From an uncultured delta proteobacterium (GTDB lineage: Bacteria > Desulfobacterota > Desulfuromonadia > Geobacterales > DSM-12255): 64,000 nucleotides of DNA. Positions 53,625 through 64,000 of the stretch are shown piece after piece. The stretch spans positions 288,001 to 352,000 of the forward strand of contig CAWBBV010000007.1 of assembly GCA_963787125.1 (NCBI GenBank), given 5' to 3'. The notes beneath the pieces were generated by a model, which was not told the DNA's origin, did not search any database, and saw only the letters and a list, made by a program, of their open reading frames with translations. Position 1 is the first letter of the stretch; the number at the start of each line of letters is the position of its first letter. The translations under genes were made by a program, and so were the position numbers.

Positions 53625-54965
53625 ATGTTTCATAAAGTCCTAATCGCTAATCGCGGTGAAATTGCAATGCGTGTCATTCGCGCTTGCAAGGAGCTCGGTA
53701 TTAAAACCGTGGCTGTATACTCTACTGCTGACAGGGATTCGCTCCATGTAAAGCTTGCCGATGAGAGTGTCTGTATTGGCCCCCCTCCAAGTATACATAG
53801 CTATCTGAACATAAATGCCATCATCAGTGCCGCAGAATTGACTGATGCCGAGGCGATACATCCAGGGTACGGATTTCTTTCTGAAAATGCTGCCTTTGCC
53901 GAAATCTGCGAGAACTGCGGGATTAATTTTATCGGCCCAAACTCTTCCAGCATGAGGATTATGGGCGACAAGATAAGTGCCCGTCAGGCTGTTATCAAAG
54001 AGGGGGTACCGATCCTTCCGGGTACCAAGGAAGGGGTCAAGGATGTCAACGAAGCTGTCAAGATCGCCAAGGAGATTGGCCTGCCGGTAATCATCAAGGC
54101 GACGGCAGGCGGCGGTGGTCGCGGGATGAAGATTGTTCACTCTCCGGCAGCACTTCCTAACGCCTTTGCCACAGCTCGGGCAGAAGCACAGGCAGGTTTT
54201 GGCAACCCTGAAGTTTATATCGAGAAATACTGCGAGCAGCCGCGTCATGTGGAGATTCAGATACTCGGTGATAAGCATGGTAATGTCATCCATCTTGGCG
54301 AGCGCGATTGCTCGATCCAAAGGCGCCATCAGAAAATAATCGAAGAGGCTCCTTCAACTGTAAGCACTCCGGCACTCCGTCAGGCGATGGGAGATGCGGC
54401 AGTACGCGCTGCCAAGGCAGTCGGCTACTACAGCGCCGGGACGATAGAATTCCTGGTGGATAAGAACAACAACTTTTACTTCATGGAGATGAATACAAGG
54501 GTACAGGTAGAACATCCTGTCACTGAGATGGTTACCGGGATCGATATTGTCCGGGAGCAGATCCTGATTGCCTACGGCAACAAACTCCGCTACAAGCAGA
54601 GTGATGTGAAAATAAACGGTCATTCCATTGAGTGCAGGATAAATGCTGAAGATCCGGTGAAATTTACCCCTTCTCCAGGCAAGATAACCTCATACCATAC
54701 TCCCGGTGGGCTTGGAGTCCGGGTTGACTCATTTGTTTATGACGGCTATACTGTTGTTCCGCATTATGACTCTCTTATTGCCAAGCTGATAGTTCATGCA
54801 GAGACAAGAGACGACGCGATCAAGCGGATGGCTAGGGCTTTGGATGAGTATATCGTCGAAGGCATAAAAACCACGATACCGTTTCACCGACAGATAATGG
54901 CCAACAAGGACTTTATCCAGGGTAACATTGACACAAGCTTTCTTGAGCGAGTAGTTTTGGAGTAA
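53625..54965 (+). CDS. accC: Biotin carboxylase
   Basis: [38 protein letters not shown]. Confidence 0.98.
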   Translation: MFHKVLIANRGEIAMRVIRACKELGIKTVAVYSTADRDSLHVKLADESVCIGPPPSIHSYLNINAIISAAELTDAEAIHPGYGFLSENAAFAEICENCGINFIGPNSSSMRIMGDKISARQAVIKEGVPILPGTKEGVKDVNEAVKIAKEIGLPVIIKATAGGGGRGMKIVHSPAALPNAFATARAEAQAGFGNPEVYIEKYCEQPRHVEIQILGDKHGNVIHLGERDCSIQRRHQKIIEEAPSTVSTPALRQAMGDAAVRAAKAVGYYSAGTIEFLVDKNNNFYFMEMNTRVQVEHPVTEMVTGIDIVREQILIAYGNKLRYKQSDVKINGHSIECRINAEDPVKFTPSPGKITSYHTPGGLGVRVDSFVYDGYTVVPHYDSLIAKLIVHAETRDDAIKRMARALDEYIVEGIKTTIPFHRQIMANKDFIQGNIDTSFLERVVLE

Positions 54966-54968
54966 AGT

Positions 54969-55355
54969 ATGGATCTTCCTGAAGAACTTTTGTATAGCAA
55001 GGAGCATCTCTGGATCAGGGTAGAAGGGGGCAGGGCTGTTATTGGTATATCTGATTTTGCCCAGGAAGAGCTCGGGACTATCAGCGCCATCGAACTTCCT
55101 GACATTGGTGATGAGTTGGAGCAGGATGACTCCTTCGGCTCAGTTGAAGCGAGAAAGACAGTTGCCGAACTTTATGCACCTGTTGGCGGTGTGGTAGTAG
55201 AAGTGAACACTGAAGTAATAGATTCAGCAGAAATAGTTAATGACGATCCGTATGATGGCGGCTGGCTTCTGGCCATTGAGATGTCTGACCCTGAGGAGCT
55301 GAAGCTGCTTATGTCAGTGGATGATTATCTTGAACAGGTCTCAGACGAGACCTGA
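54969..55355 (+). CDS. gcvH: Glycine cleavage H-like lipoyl carrier
   Basis: YSKEHLW, GISDFAQEELG, VEARK (lipoyl Lys), DPYDGGW. Confidence 0.9.
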   Translation: MDLPEELLYSKEHLWIRVEGGRAVIGISDFAQEELGTISAIELPDIGDELEQDDSFGSVEARKTVAELYAPVGGVVVEVNTEVIDSAEIVNDDPYDGGWLLAIEMSDPEELKLLMSVDDYLEQVSDET

Positions 55356-55381
55356 CAACTATTTTTAATTGTTACCTGAAG

Positions 55382-55407
55382 GGCGAGATTTTCTCGCCTT
55401 TTTTTTT
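55382..55407 (+). terminator. Intrinsic terminator
   Basis: GGCGAGA/TCTCGCC stem followed by T9. Confidence 0.75.
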
Positions 55408-55421
55408 GAGGAGATGCGAAA

Positions 55422-56267
55422 GTGCTTCGTATAGGTGAGATTAGCTATCTGAACTGCACCCCTCTATTTGAAACTCTGCGGGGTAACTTCCAGGATAGTG
55501 GTTATAGTTTTGTCAGCGGTCATCCGTCAGATCTGAATGCAAAGCTTCGCAGTGGCGGCATAGATATCTGCCCTTCCTCGTCAATCGAGTATGCCCGTAA
55601 TCCCGAACTTTACCTGATTCTCCCTGAACTCTCAATCAGCTCCATCGGCCCGGTCTGGAGTGTTCTGCTCTTCTCCAAGCTGCCGATTGAATCTTTAAAC
55701 GGCGCCTCAATAGCCCTTACCAGCGAGTCAGAAACATCGGTCGCGCTACTTAAAATCCTCCTCTCACAAAGGTACGGCTTTACAAATAACTATTATCGTG
55801 CTGAAGGCTCCGGAGTGAACCTGTTATTTGGTAAAGATGCTCTGCTCTTGATAGGCGATAAGGCTTTAAAGAGTGCTGTAGCTAACAGTGAAGGCCATGT
55901 GTATGATCTTGGCGAACTTTGGTATGAGTTTACCGGTCTCCCTTTTGTCTTTGCTCTCTGGTTGCTTCGGGAAGACGCTTTGCGGCGATCTCCTGAGGCG
56001 GTCAAGCTGATTCATGAAAGAGTTGTCGCCTCGAAACTTAAAGCTGTTGAAAGTTTTGCGGAGATTGCGACAACATTAAAACAAAATGAGTGGACAAACA
56101 GCGGCTTTCTCATTAATTATTGGAAAATCATCTCTTACGATCTTACCGATAGCCATGCCGAGGGGTTGAAACTCTTTTATAGTTATGCTGCAAAGACTGG
56201 TCTCATTGAGCGTGAGCCACCTCTGCGGATGCTGGAGCAGCGGGTTTGTAATGAACAGAAATTCTGA
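55422..56267 (+). CDS. mqnA: Chorismate dehydratase (futalosine menaquinone pathway)
   Basis: ISYLNCTPL, SSIEY, LLIGDKAL, DLGELWYEFTGLPFVFALW. Confidence 0.92.
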   Translation: MLRIGEISYLNCTPLFETLRGNFQDSGYSFVSGHPSDLNAKLRSGGIDICPSSSIEYARNPELYLILPELSISSIGPVWSVLLFSKLPIESLNGASIALTSESETSVALLKILLSQRYGFTNNYYRAEGSGVNLLFGKDALLLIGDKALKSAVANSEGHVYDLGELWYEFTGLPFVFALWLLREDALRRSPEAVKLIHERVVASKLKAVESFAEIATTLKQNEWTNSGFLINYWKIISYDLTDSHAEGLKLFYSYAAKTGLIEREPPLRMLEQRVCNEQKF

Positions 56268-58623
56268 AGAAATGTCATGGACAGAAACATTAAGCCGCCG
56301 TTTTGCCGACCGCGGCAGTGTCTCTTTGTCTGTTGAAAGTAGTGACCTTCTAGGGTGTGCTGAAAGAATTCGCCTTGTAGCTCTTGTTCGCTGGGTTCTC
56401 CTTACGGTACTGGCCACATATGGGGTCTTTGCCGGCAGTACCTATCTGTTCAGCCGTTATGGATTTTTCATCTCGAAAGAGCAGATATTTCTCCTCATAA
56501 TCACCATCATTGTTGTTGTCCTCTATAATCTCATCAGCCATTTCAATAGCATCAAGCTGGCTAAATACCCTTTTTCCAGGAATGCACTGATACTGATGGA
56601 CCTGCTGACTGTAACAGTGCTTATCCACTGCAGTGGCGGTGCGACAAGCTGGTTCTGGCCGGTATACATGATCGTAACCCTTGAATCTGCCTATCTGCTT
56701 GACGTGCAGCGCAACGTCTGGATTATCGGTGGTGCGGGGTGGTTTAGCTACTGCTTGCTCCTTCTGGCCGAATACAGCAACATCGTCCCTTCGGTAAAGA
56801 TGCCTTTTGTTGATGCCGCCCTCAATCACGATACCCATTATCTCTTCCTTATGGCCCTGTGGGTTGTTATTACTAATGCTGTCACAGCAATTATAGCTAA
56901 CTCTCTTATGGCAGTTATCAGGCGCGAGACAATGCTTGCAAGAGAAAGTGAGGAAAGGCTTCTCGGCTTTATTGACAACGCCACGGATCTGATTCACTGC
57001 AATACGCCTGAGGGTGAAATCCTTTTCATGAATAGTGCGATGCGAAACGCAGTCGGTTATCAGGATGAAGAAGGGGATTTGCGAGAATTCACTGCTATTC
57101 TCAGTAAAGAGTCAAGAGAGAGTACTGCCAGGGAGCTGCGCAAAATCATCGCTGGCAAAAAGGTAGATTCTTTTGAGCTTTCTTTCAGGGGTGCGGATGG
57201 TCAGGATATCTCTGCAGAAGGGAATCTTACCTGTAATTTTCAGGATGGTAAACCGACTCTCCTTTGGGGTATCTGGCGGGATATTACGGAGAAAAAACGC
57301 GCTCAGGCACGTCTTTATAGTCTTGCCCACAATGACAGTCTGACCGGGCTCCCCAACCGGATTCTTTTCAGGGACAGGCTGAAGCAGGCGATCGCTTATG
57401 CAAACCGCCAGAAGCGCTCTGTTGCTTTACTATTTCTTGATCTTGACCGGTTCAAACTTGTAAACGACTCACTTGGTCACCCATTGGGAGACAGGCTTCT
57501 TCAGGCCGTTGCAAAGGCACTGCAGTTATCTGTGCGCGAGGTCGACACTGTTGCCAGATTCGGTGGCGACGAATTCACGGTCGTCCTGAGTAATCTTGAT
57601 CACCCTGATGACGCGCTTCTGGTGGCAAAGAAGATCCTGAAGGCTTTGCAAAAACCGTTTGTTATTGACGGTAATGAACTGTTTGCCATGGGGAGTATCG
57701 GCATCAGCATTTTCCCTGAGCATGGGGATGATATGGACAGTCTTATAAAAAAGGCTGACATTGCCATGTATGAGGCAAAATCCCAGGGTGGTGACCGCTG
57801 GGTGCTCTACGATCCGGTCATGGATCAGAACTCTCATAAGCGGCTCCTTTTGGAAAACAGCCTTAGAAAAGCGCTCTCAAGAAATGAGTTCCGGCTTGTT
57901 TATCAGCCAAAAGTTGACATTGTAACGGGGCAGATAACCGCCATGGAAGCTCTTTTGCGCTGGGATCACCCGGAGCTTGGGCTGGTCAAGCCGGATGAAT
58001 TTATCCCGCTTGCTGAAGAGACTGGATTGATACTGACAATCGGTGAATGGGTACTTGAACGTGCTTGCCGGCAGAATGTGGAGTGGTTTAATCAGGGGAT
58101 TCCACAAATGCGGGTTGCAGTGAACATCTCCGGCCACCAGCTGCAACAGGCCGATTTCTTAATCCGCCTGGAAGAGATAGTCTCTAAGACCGGGATGCCC
58201 TTTGATCAACTGGAGATAGAGATTACCGAGAGTGTCATCATGCAGAACCCTGATTTTACGATTCATATTCTTAATGAAGTACAAGCGAAAGGCATTCATA
58301 TCTCAGTAGACGACTTTGGAACCGGCTATTCTTCGCTGGCACACCTTAAGCGGTTTTCGGTCAACACCTTGAAGATCGATAAGTCCTTTGTAAGGGATGT
58401 TGAGTCAAACCAGACGGATGCGGCGATTACAACAGCTATCATTGCCATGGGGAGTAGCCTGAATTTGCGAGTGATTGCTGAAGGTGTGGAGACAGAAGGG
58501 CAGTATACGTTTCTTCAAAAGGCGATGTGTGACGAGATTCAGGGATATCTAATCAGCAGGCCGATCCCGCCTGAAAAAGTCGGTGAATTTATCAAGGCCA
58601 AAGGGTGGAAAAGGCGGCAATAA
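56251..58623 (+). CDS. Membrane PAS-GGDEF-EAL c-di-GMP enzyme
   Basis: Multiple TMs, PAS, REVD I-site, RFGGDEF, MEALLRW, DDFGTGYSS. Confidence 0.95.
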   Translation: MNRNSEEMSWTETLSRRFADRGSVSLSVESSDLLGCAERIRLVALVRWVLLTVLATYGVFAGSTYLFSRYGFFISKEQIFLLIITIIVVVLYNLISHFNSIKLAKYPFSRNALILMDLLTVTVLIHCSGGATSWFWPVYMIVTLESAYLLDVQRNVWIIGGAGWFSYCLLLLAEYSNIVPSVKMPFVDAALNHDTHYLFLMALWVVITNAVTAIIANSLMAVIRRETMLARESEERLLGFIDNATDLIHCNTPEGEILFMNSAMRNAVGYQDEEGDLREFTAILSKESRESTARELRKIIAGKKVDSFELSFRGADGQDISAEGNLTCNFQDGKPTLLWGIWRDITEKKRAQARLYSLAHNDSLTGLPNRILFRDRLKQAIAYANRQKRSVALLFLDLDRFKLVNDSLGHPLGDRLLQAVAKALQLSVREVDTVARFGGDEFTVVLSNLDHPDDALLVAKKILKALQKPFVIDGNELFAMGSIGISIFPEHGDDMDSLIKKADIAMYEAKSQGGDRWVLYDPVMDQNSHKRLLLENSLRKALSRNEFRLVYQPKVDIVTGQITAMEALLRWDHPELGLVKPDEFIPLAEETGLILTIGEWVLERACRQNVEWFNQGIPQMRVAVNISGHQLQQADFLIRLEEIVSKTGMPFDQLEIEITESVIMQNPDFTIHILNEVQAKGIHISVDDFGTGYSSLAHLKRFSVNTLKIDKSFVRDVESNQTDAAITTAIIAMGSSLNLRVIAEGVETEGQYTFLQKAMCDEIQGYLISRPIPPEKVGEFIKAKGWKRRQ

Positions 58624-59076
58624 TCAGATTCTGCCTGACAGTTTTCGGTGATGATAATCTTTTATTATCCGGTCGTGATCAAAACAGAGATTTAACGGTA
58701 GTTCGTCAGGCTTAAACAGGCAGGCTGACTTTGCATCATCGCCAGCTACCGGCGAATCTGATCCTTTTGCTACGAACACTGTGGAGATGTTGTGCTGCCT
58801 TAAGTCTCTGGCAGGATCTGAGTAACAACCAAGAAGCCTTAAATCCGTTACGGCAATAGAGGTTTCCTCCAGTGCTTCACGGGTCGCAGCAGCTTCGAGG
58901 GTCTCTCCGTAATCTACAAATCCCCCAGGCAGTGCCCAGCCGTAAGGTTTATTCTGCCTTTCAATAAGAACAATTCTTGAATCGATTTCGATGATGATAT
59001 CCACCGTCGGAATCGGATTTCTGTAGGATTTTACGCCTGAGCCGCAGGCAGGGCAGGTAAGTATGTCGTAGGCCAT
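58624..59076 (-). CDS. NUDIX hydrolase
   Basis: LPGGFVDYGETLEAAATREALEET box. Confidence 0.95.
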   Translation of the reverse strand: MAYDILTCPACGSGVKSYRNPIPTVDIIIEIDSRIVLIERQNKPYGWALPGGFVDYGETLEAAATREALEETSIAVTDLRLLGCYSDPARDLRQHNISTVFVAKGSDSPVAGDDAKSACLFKPDELPLNLCFDHDRIIKDYHHRKLSGRI

Positions 59077-59088
59077 GTCATATCCAAT

Positions 59089-59120
59089 AAAAAAGGGGGG
59101 GACTGGTATCCCCCCCTTTT
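59089..59120 (-). terminator. Intrinsic terminator
   Basis: A6G7A...TC7T4 hairpin after the PxxKW gene. Confidence 0.75.
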
Positions 59121-59139
59121 AAGATATATATGCGGTTTT

Positions 59140-59430
59140 CTACTTCTTCTTGCCGCCGGCTGCTTTCTTCGATGCCTTGAGAGGGTTGACCTTGAGGTCG
59201 TCGACCTTTATCTCAATCTTAACGTGGGTGGCAAAGTTACAGATGCCGTTCAGCCACTTCTTCTCCGGCGCAGGGTAGGAGCCACAGACCTTGCCGATAC
59301 TCCCCTCTACTATTCGCTCACACCCTTCACAATTATCTACAATCACCTGACAAGAACCGTCAGAGAATACACATCCCTGTTTCCCCCAGAAAGTACACTC
59401 GCTGCCGGGAAGAACCGTTTGACACTGCAT
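59140..59430 (-). CDS. PxxKW-family cysteine-rich protein
   Basis: CEGC, PEKKW, CNFATH, NPLKASK. Confidence 0.85.
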   Translation of the reverse strand: MQCQTVLPGSECTFWGKQGCVFSDGSCQVIVDNCEGCERIVEGSIGKVCGSYPAPEKKWLNGICNFATHVKIEIKVDDLKVNPLKASKKAAGGKKK

Positions 59431-59560
59431 GAAGAAAGCCTCCTATAAAATTCCTTTATTTTTCGCGGATTTTCAGTTTAGCAATTTTGAAGAAAAAAAG
59501 TCAACAGGAAAATCTTTCTGCTACTGGACATCTGGATTCTTTCTGCCGACCAAGACAGAT

Positions 59561-61792
59561 TTATCTCCCCGCAGGGAGCTCAACTATGAACCTGGTCCCT
59601 TTGGGCTCGTTATCTCTGACCCTTATAAAGCCGTGATGATCAGTGATTATCGTGTTAACAATCGACAGACCCAGGCCTGTGCCGCTCTTCTTGGTCGAAA
59701 AATATGGCTCAAAGAGCCTCGACTTATCTTCTTTTGCTATCCCGTGGCCGGAGTCTGCTACCGAGAAGCTCGCCATTTTCAGTTCCGGATTGTAACTGCT
59801 ATCGACAAAAACATCACCGTTTGCGTCAACAGCAGCAACGGCATTCTCAAGAAGATTAATCAGCACCCTTTTGATTTGATCCCGGTCAAGTTGCAGGTCA
59901 GGAACAGCCAAGTCAGGAGAGTAGCTAAGGTTGACCTGCCTATGGGCTTCTGAGTAGAGCGTGACAGCTTCTGCCAAAATATCGTTAAGATTGCAGGGGG
60001 CAAGTTGTGCTGCAGGCATTCTGGCGAACTGCGAGAATTCATTTACCAGATTCTTCAGCTCTTCAACAGATTTTATGATTGTCTCGGTCGACTGATCGAA
60101 TACATGGTCATCTCCTGAAAAACTGGCCAGATAGCGCTTGCGCAGGCGCTGAGCCGAAAGCTGGATAGGGGTTAGCGGGTTTTTGATCTCGTGGGCGATT
60201 CTTCTGGCAACCTCTCTCCAGGCTGCCATTCGCTGAGCTTTGATAAGGTGGGTAAGATCGTCAAATACCACAACTGTCCCCAGAAAGTCGCCCTCATCGT
60301 CCTTCAGTATCGCCAGGTTAACTTGCAACGAAATTCTGCTTTCATCCGCCTGGAGCTCTATCTGCCTATTGAGGATGTCCTGTTTTTTAACAACAATTTC
60401 ACGCAACATATCCTTCAGGATGTCAAGATGTGCAGAACTGAGTACCTCTTTGAAGTGCTTGCCAATCGCTTCCGATCGTTTTAATTGGAGGAGTTTTTCC
60501 GCTGATTTATTAATGGTTGTTATTATTCCGTGATTATTTGTTGAGATAACGCCGGCCGTTATATGTCTGAGTACCGTTTCCATATAGCGGCGCCGACCCT
60601 CTATCTCCTGATTACTGCTTCGCAAGTCCTGATTCGCGTCTCTAAGTGCCAGCTGATTGGCTCTCAGGTCAGCCGTCATGCGGTTAAAGGAGTGGATTAG
60701 TTGGCCGATTTCGTCCTGGCTTTCGCCTTTAAGTTCAATCTCAAGATTACCGTCTGCAATCTGCCTCGTCGCATCAGCCAGTTCCTGGATCGGGTCTGTA
60801 AGGCTGCGCGCAAGATTTACTCCGAACCAGACGGAGAGAGTTATAATAACGATAGTGATAAGCAGCAGCGTCAGTATATAGGTGGTGGTAATAGGTTTTC
60901 TCAGGATCTTAAGCTGTCTGAACTCATGGTAGGAGTTGGTAATCTCCTTCATCTTGCTGACCAGCGAATAGGGGACGTAGTAGTTTACGACTACAACTCC
61001 AACAATATCGTTCTGATTCCAGTTGGAAAATACCGGGACTATCCCCCTGATCAGATCTGCTTTGCCAATGGAGTTGACCCGGGTGAACTCCTTGCCTTTA
61101 AGGCCCTTGTCAAGATCCTCTGAGGTGGGATTAGTGAATTCCGAAGCAGGCAGATTCGGATTTGCTGCTCTGACAAGTTCCTCTCTCTGGGAAGAGAATA
61201 CTTCGACCACCCCCAGGTTGTACTCCTTCTGTTTCTCCCTTATAAGGCTTTTTAATTCTGATAGATTCTCGTCGTTCAAGAGTTTGCGGCGTTTGATGTT
61301 CTGGCTTATCTGTTCGGCATAGAAGAGCGCATTTGCAGCAGAATTTTTATAATACGTCTGGGCCACTTCCATTGATTCATCAAGAGACGTTTCTATCTGC
61401 CGGTTAAACCAGTTCTGGATGCTGCTGGAGATGTAGCCGGCCGATACGAAAAAAAGCAGCAATGTCGGGAAGAGTGAAAGTGAGACAAACGCCAGCACCA
61501 GCTTGGTTCGCAGTCTTGCCCCCATCTTGTTCATCTGCCGGTCTTTGACGAGTTTGAATATATTGCGGGCAAGCAGATAGATGAACAGTATTATCAACAG
61601 AGTTATGACGTTGATAATGCCGAATATGGTTATATTAGTGCCCATGGGGACTTCAGAACTGATTTTTGTCAGGTGGATCTGGGTGGCAATGAGGACGCTT
61701 ATCAGGATGAGTGATATGCCGATTATAAAGGCTTCACGTTTTCTTTTGCGCCGCTCTTTTTGTGGATTAGCAAGGGGGTAGTTATCAGCCAT
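59561..61792 (-). CDS. NtrY-like HAMP-PAS sensor histidine kinase
   Basis: Four TMs, AAWREVARRIAHEIKNPLTPIQLSA, PYFSTK, GTGLGL. Confidence 0.9.
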   Translation of the reverse strand: MADNYPLANPQKERRKRKREAFIIGISLILISVLIATQIHLTKISSEVPMGTNITIFGIINVITLLIILFIYLLARNIFKLVKDRQMNKMGARLRTKLVLAFVSLSLFPTLLLFFVSAGYISSSIQNWFNRQIETSLDESMEVAQTYYKNSAANALFYAEQISQNIKRRKLLNDENLSELKSLIREKQKEYNLGVVEVFSSQREELVRAANPNLPASEFTNPTSEDLDKGLKGKEFTRVNSIGKADLIRGIVPVFSNWNQNDIVGVVVVNYYVPYSLVSKMKEITNSYHEFRQLKILRKPITTTYILTLLLITIVIITLSVWFGVNLARSLTDPIQELADATRQIADGNLEIELKGESQDEIGQLIHSFNRMTADLRANQLALRDANQDLRSSNQEIEGRRRYMETVLRHITAGVISTNNHGIITTINKSAEKLLQLKRSEAIGKHFKEVLSSAHLDILKDMLREIVVKKQDILNRQIELQADESRISLQVNLAILKDDEGDFLGTVVVFDDLTHLIKAQRMAAWREVARRIAHEIKNPLTPIQLSAQRLRKRYLASFSGDDHVFDQSTETIIKSVEELKNLVNEFSQFARMPAAQLAPCNLNDILAEAVTLYSEAHRQVNLSYSPDLAVPDLQLDRDQIKRVLINLLENAVAAVDANGDVFVDSSYNPELKMASFSVADSGHGIAKEDKSRLFEPYFSTKKSGTGLGLSIVNTIITDHHGFIRVRDNEPKGTRFIVELPAGR

Positions 61793-61849
61793 CTGCAGCT
61801 TCTCCGGATTTCAAGCGTGATTATTTATCTGTTCCGCCAGGACTCAAAA

Positions 61850-63532
61850 TTATAGTCTTCCCGAGCGGATGATAGCGATAAGCCATACAAGGCCTATCAG
61901 ACCGGCAATGCTGTAACCCATGAAGGCAAAGAGAGGAAAGCCGAGCAGTTGGGGTCCTTTTCCGGTCTGCATGACAATAGAAGAGCCGACGATAAGCGCT
62001 GCAATAATGAGGCTTGAGGAGAGCCGGTTGATAGACTTGTCCAGCTCTTTGATGAAATGGTCAAGGCCGCGATGCTCAAGGTCAATCTTGAATTTGTCCC
62101 GATTGATCCGGTTAAGAATCTCCTTTATATCTTTAGGGAGGGAGCGGAGCAGGTTCACATAGGAGTTGACGTTGCCAAAAAGCTCCTTGAAGGCGCTCTT
62201 CGGTGAAAGCCGGCCTCTAATCTCCTTTTCCATCAACGGTCGCAGGTGCTGCATCATGTCGAAACCAGGGTCAAGTTTTCTCCCCATACTTTCAATGGTC
62301 ATGAACGCTTTTGCGAGCAGGAGCAGGTCAGGATGAAATTTTATCCGGTATTCGGATATTATCTCGGTAAAGTCGATAAGAAGCTGCCCAACCTGAAAAT
62401 CCTGCAAGGAGAGATCATAGTATTTTTCGATAAACTCGGAAATATCCCTGCGGAGCGCCCTGATATTAACGCTGTCGGTGATGTCGCCCGAATAGATGAG
62501 AAGGGAGATCACCTCTTCTGCATCCCGATTGAGAACAGCCAGGAGAATATCGGTAAGGTGGTTTTTAAGGAACGGATCAATTCTGCCGGTCATCCCGAAG
62601 TCGAGCATGCAGATGATGTTGTCCGGGAGGATGAGGATATTGCCAGGGTGAGGGTCGCCATGGAAAAAACCGTGCTCCAGAACCATTTTTACAAAGGCAT
62701 CAGCACCTCTGCGGGCAATCAGCTTGACATCAAGACCCGCAGCGCAAAGACTGCTTAAGTCCGAAACCTTTATCCCCTCGATCAGCTCCATGGTCAGCAC
62801 GGCTTTAGAGGTGTGCTCCCAGTAGACTTTCGGGAAATAGACTGTGTCGTCACTGGCAAAATTGGCTGCAAACCGCTCGATGGTTCTCCCTTCCAGGGAA
62901 AGATCCATCTCTCTGCGAATGGTGCGCGCCAGCTCTCTTACCTGACCGACCGGGTCGTAGATTTCGCTGTTCGGAAGATGCTTCTCAGCCATCATTGCCA
63001 GCAGCGTCAGCGCCTCTATGTCGGTTTCAATAAGATCCTGAATTCCCGGGCGTCTGACCTTGATAACAACTTCTTCGCCACTCTTCAAGGTCGCCCGGTG
63101 AGCCTGGGCAATGGATGCTGCGCCGATAGCCTCATGCTCGAACGAAGCAAAGAGGTCGGAAATGTCGTTCCCAAACTCCTTGCGAATCTCGGTGGCCACT
63201 TCTGCAAAACTGAAAGGGGGGACACTGTCCTGAAGTTTTGCAAACTCCTCGATATAATGGGGTGGGAGGATGTCAGCGCGGGTCGAGAGAAACTGCCCGA
63301 GTTTGACAAAGGTGGGCCCGAGTTCCTCAAGGACAAGTCTCATCCGCTCCGGCTGGCTTAACTCGATAAAAACCGAAGTATCACGCCGAAAAAGCCTGCG
63401 CCATCTTGTGACAAATTCGGTCATATTAAGATACGCCAGCAGATTGTCGAATCCGTACTTGAAGAGGACACGGACAATCTGCCGGTAGCGCTTGATGCTG
63501 CGAATGTTGCGGTTAAACTGGAGAATATTCAA
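61850..63532 (-). CDS. AarF/ABC1/UbiB family atypical kinase
   Basis: LGPTFVKLGQ, AASIAQAH, FFHGDPHPGN, LDFG; C-terminal TMs. Confidence 0.93.
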   Translation of the reverse strand: MNILQFNRNIRSIKRYRQIVRVLFKYGFDNLLAYLNMTEFVTRWRRLFRRDTSVFIELSQPERMRLVLEELGPTFVKLGQFLSTRADILPPHYIEEFAKLQDSVPPFSFAEVATEIRKEFGNDISDLFASFEHEAIGAASIAQAHRATLKSGEEVVIKVRRPGIQDLIETDIEALTLLAMMAEKHLPNSEIYDPVGQVRELARTIRREMDLSLEGRTIERFAANFASDDTVYFPKVYWEHTSKAVLTMELIEGIKVSDLSSLCAAGLDVKLIARRGADAFVKMVLEHGFFHGDPHPGNILILPDNIICMLDFGMTGRIDPFLKNHLTDILLAVLNRDAEEVISLLIYSGDITDSVNIRALRRDISEFIEKYYDLSLQDFQVGQLLIDFTEIISEYRIKFHPDLLLLAKAFMTIESMGRKLDPGFDMMQHLRPLMEKEIRGRLSPKSAFKELFGNVNSYVNLLRSLPKDIKEILNRINRDKFKIDLEHRGLDHFIKELDKSINRLSSSLIIAALIVGSSIVMQTGKGPQLLGFPLFAFMGYSIAGLIGLVWLIAIIRSGRL

Positions 63533-63535
63533 GAA

Positions 63536-63838
63536 TTAGTCCTGGGCGCCCAGCTTCTTTTCCAGCTCTTCGACTCTCTGCTTCAGGAGGTCGTAGTCAT
63601 CTTTAGAAACAAGGCCGATACGCTCAACAGTCTTTTTGACCTCTGCTTCGGCTGCTTCGGCAATCTTCTCTCGGGTCTCTTTTGCTACACCCTGAATTTT
63701 ATCTAGAAAGGCTTTACCTTCTTCCTCGCTGACTTTGTACTTTTCTTTAAGTTCGGCGAGCAGTTCCTCGCCCTTTTTCTGCGTGAGTGAAAGAGCACCA
63801 ATTCCTGTCAGTGCTGCTTTTTCAAAGAGTTCAAACAT
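63536..63838 (-). CDS. Phasin-like protein
   Basis: ALTGIGAL...LKQRVEELE pattern, typically upstream of UbiB-family genes; GGAGG RBS. Confidence 0.75.
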   Translation of the reverse strand: MFELFEKAALTGIGALSLTQKKGEELLAELKEKYKVSEEEGKAFLDKIQGVAKETREKIAEAAEAEVKKTVERIGLVSKDDYDLLKQRVEELEKKLGAQD

Positions 63839-64000
63839 TGTCTGCCTCCATAAAGCTGAATTTTGAATCGTGATGTTAGAACATTAACATTTTGGCAGGG
63901 AAACGCAAGTGTAAGCTATTTGCGTAGCAACCAGAGGATAAGGGAAATGACTGCGGAAAGAATTATGCAGGTGGTAAGGGGGAAAAAGAGAGTGAAGCTG

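Overview
Geobacteraceae-like (Desulfuromonadales) chromosomal window, judged from gene content. (1) 1-3.2 kb: 3' end of a giant CxxxxCH/CxxCH-repeat multiheme cytochrome and a DUF4337-like gene. (2) 3.5-18.4 kb: nitrate-ammonification cluster of narC-like diheme cytochrome, narG (one frameshift), narHJI, two narK, an IS whose transposase needs a -1 frameshift, a PpcA-family c7 cytochrome, a PAS protein, a small ferredoxin and an octaheme (TvNiR-type) nitrite reductase. A TTGAC-N4-GTCAA-type box precedes both the nar and nitrite reductase units. (3) 18.5-33.6 kb: core genes (bamD, typA, tilS-ftsH-folP-cdaA-ybbR-glmM-pdxJ), an orphan pseudopilin and a Cache histidine kinase. (4) 33.7-50.3 kb: a ~17 kb accessory block between that kinase and a sigma54 response regulator. 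It starts with a c-di-GMP-I (GEMM) riboswitch and terminator. Two tandem ~1000-aa secreted transglutaminase-fold proteins follow, with near-identical cores and unrelated AT-rich C-termini after a shared GAG(A/G)YMISGG motif. Each is followed by its own AT-rich partner gene, one of which is a degenerate class III nucleotide cyclase. An IS630 and a frameshifted ~2500-aa secreted alpha/alpha-barrel plus Ig/macroglobulin-like protein close the block. It has the architecture of a polymorphic toxin/immunity system on a carrier I do not recognise as characterised, and is the best candidate novel system. (5) 50.4-64 kb: core genes (Xaa-Pro peptidase, accBC, gcvH, mqnA, PAS-GGDEF-EAL, NUDIX, PxxKW, NtrY-like kinase, UbiB-family kinase, phasin-like). 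All family calls come from motif recognition by eye; no searches were run.
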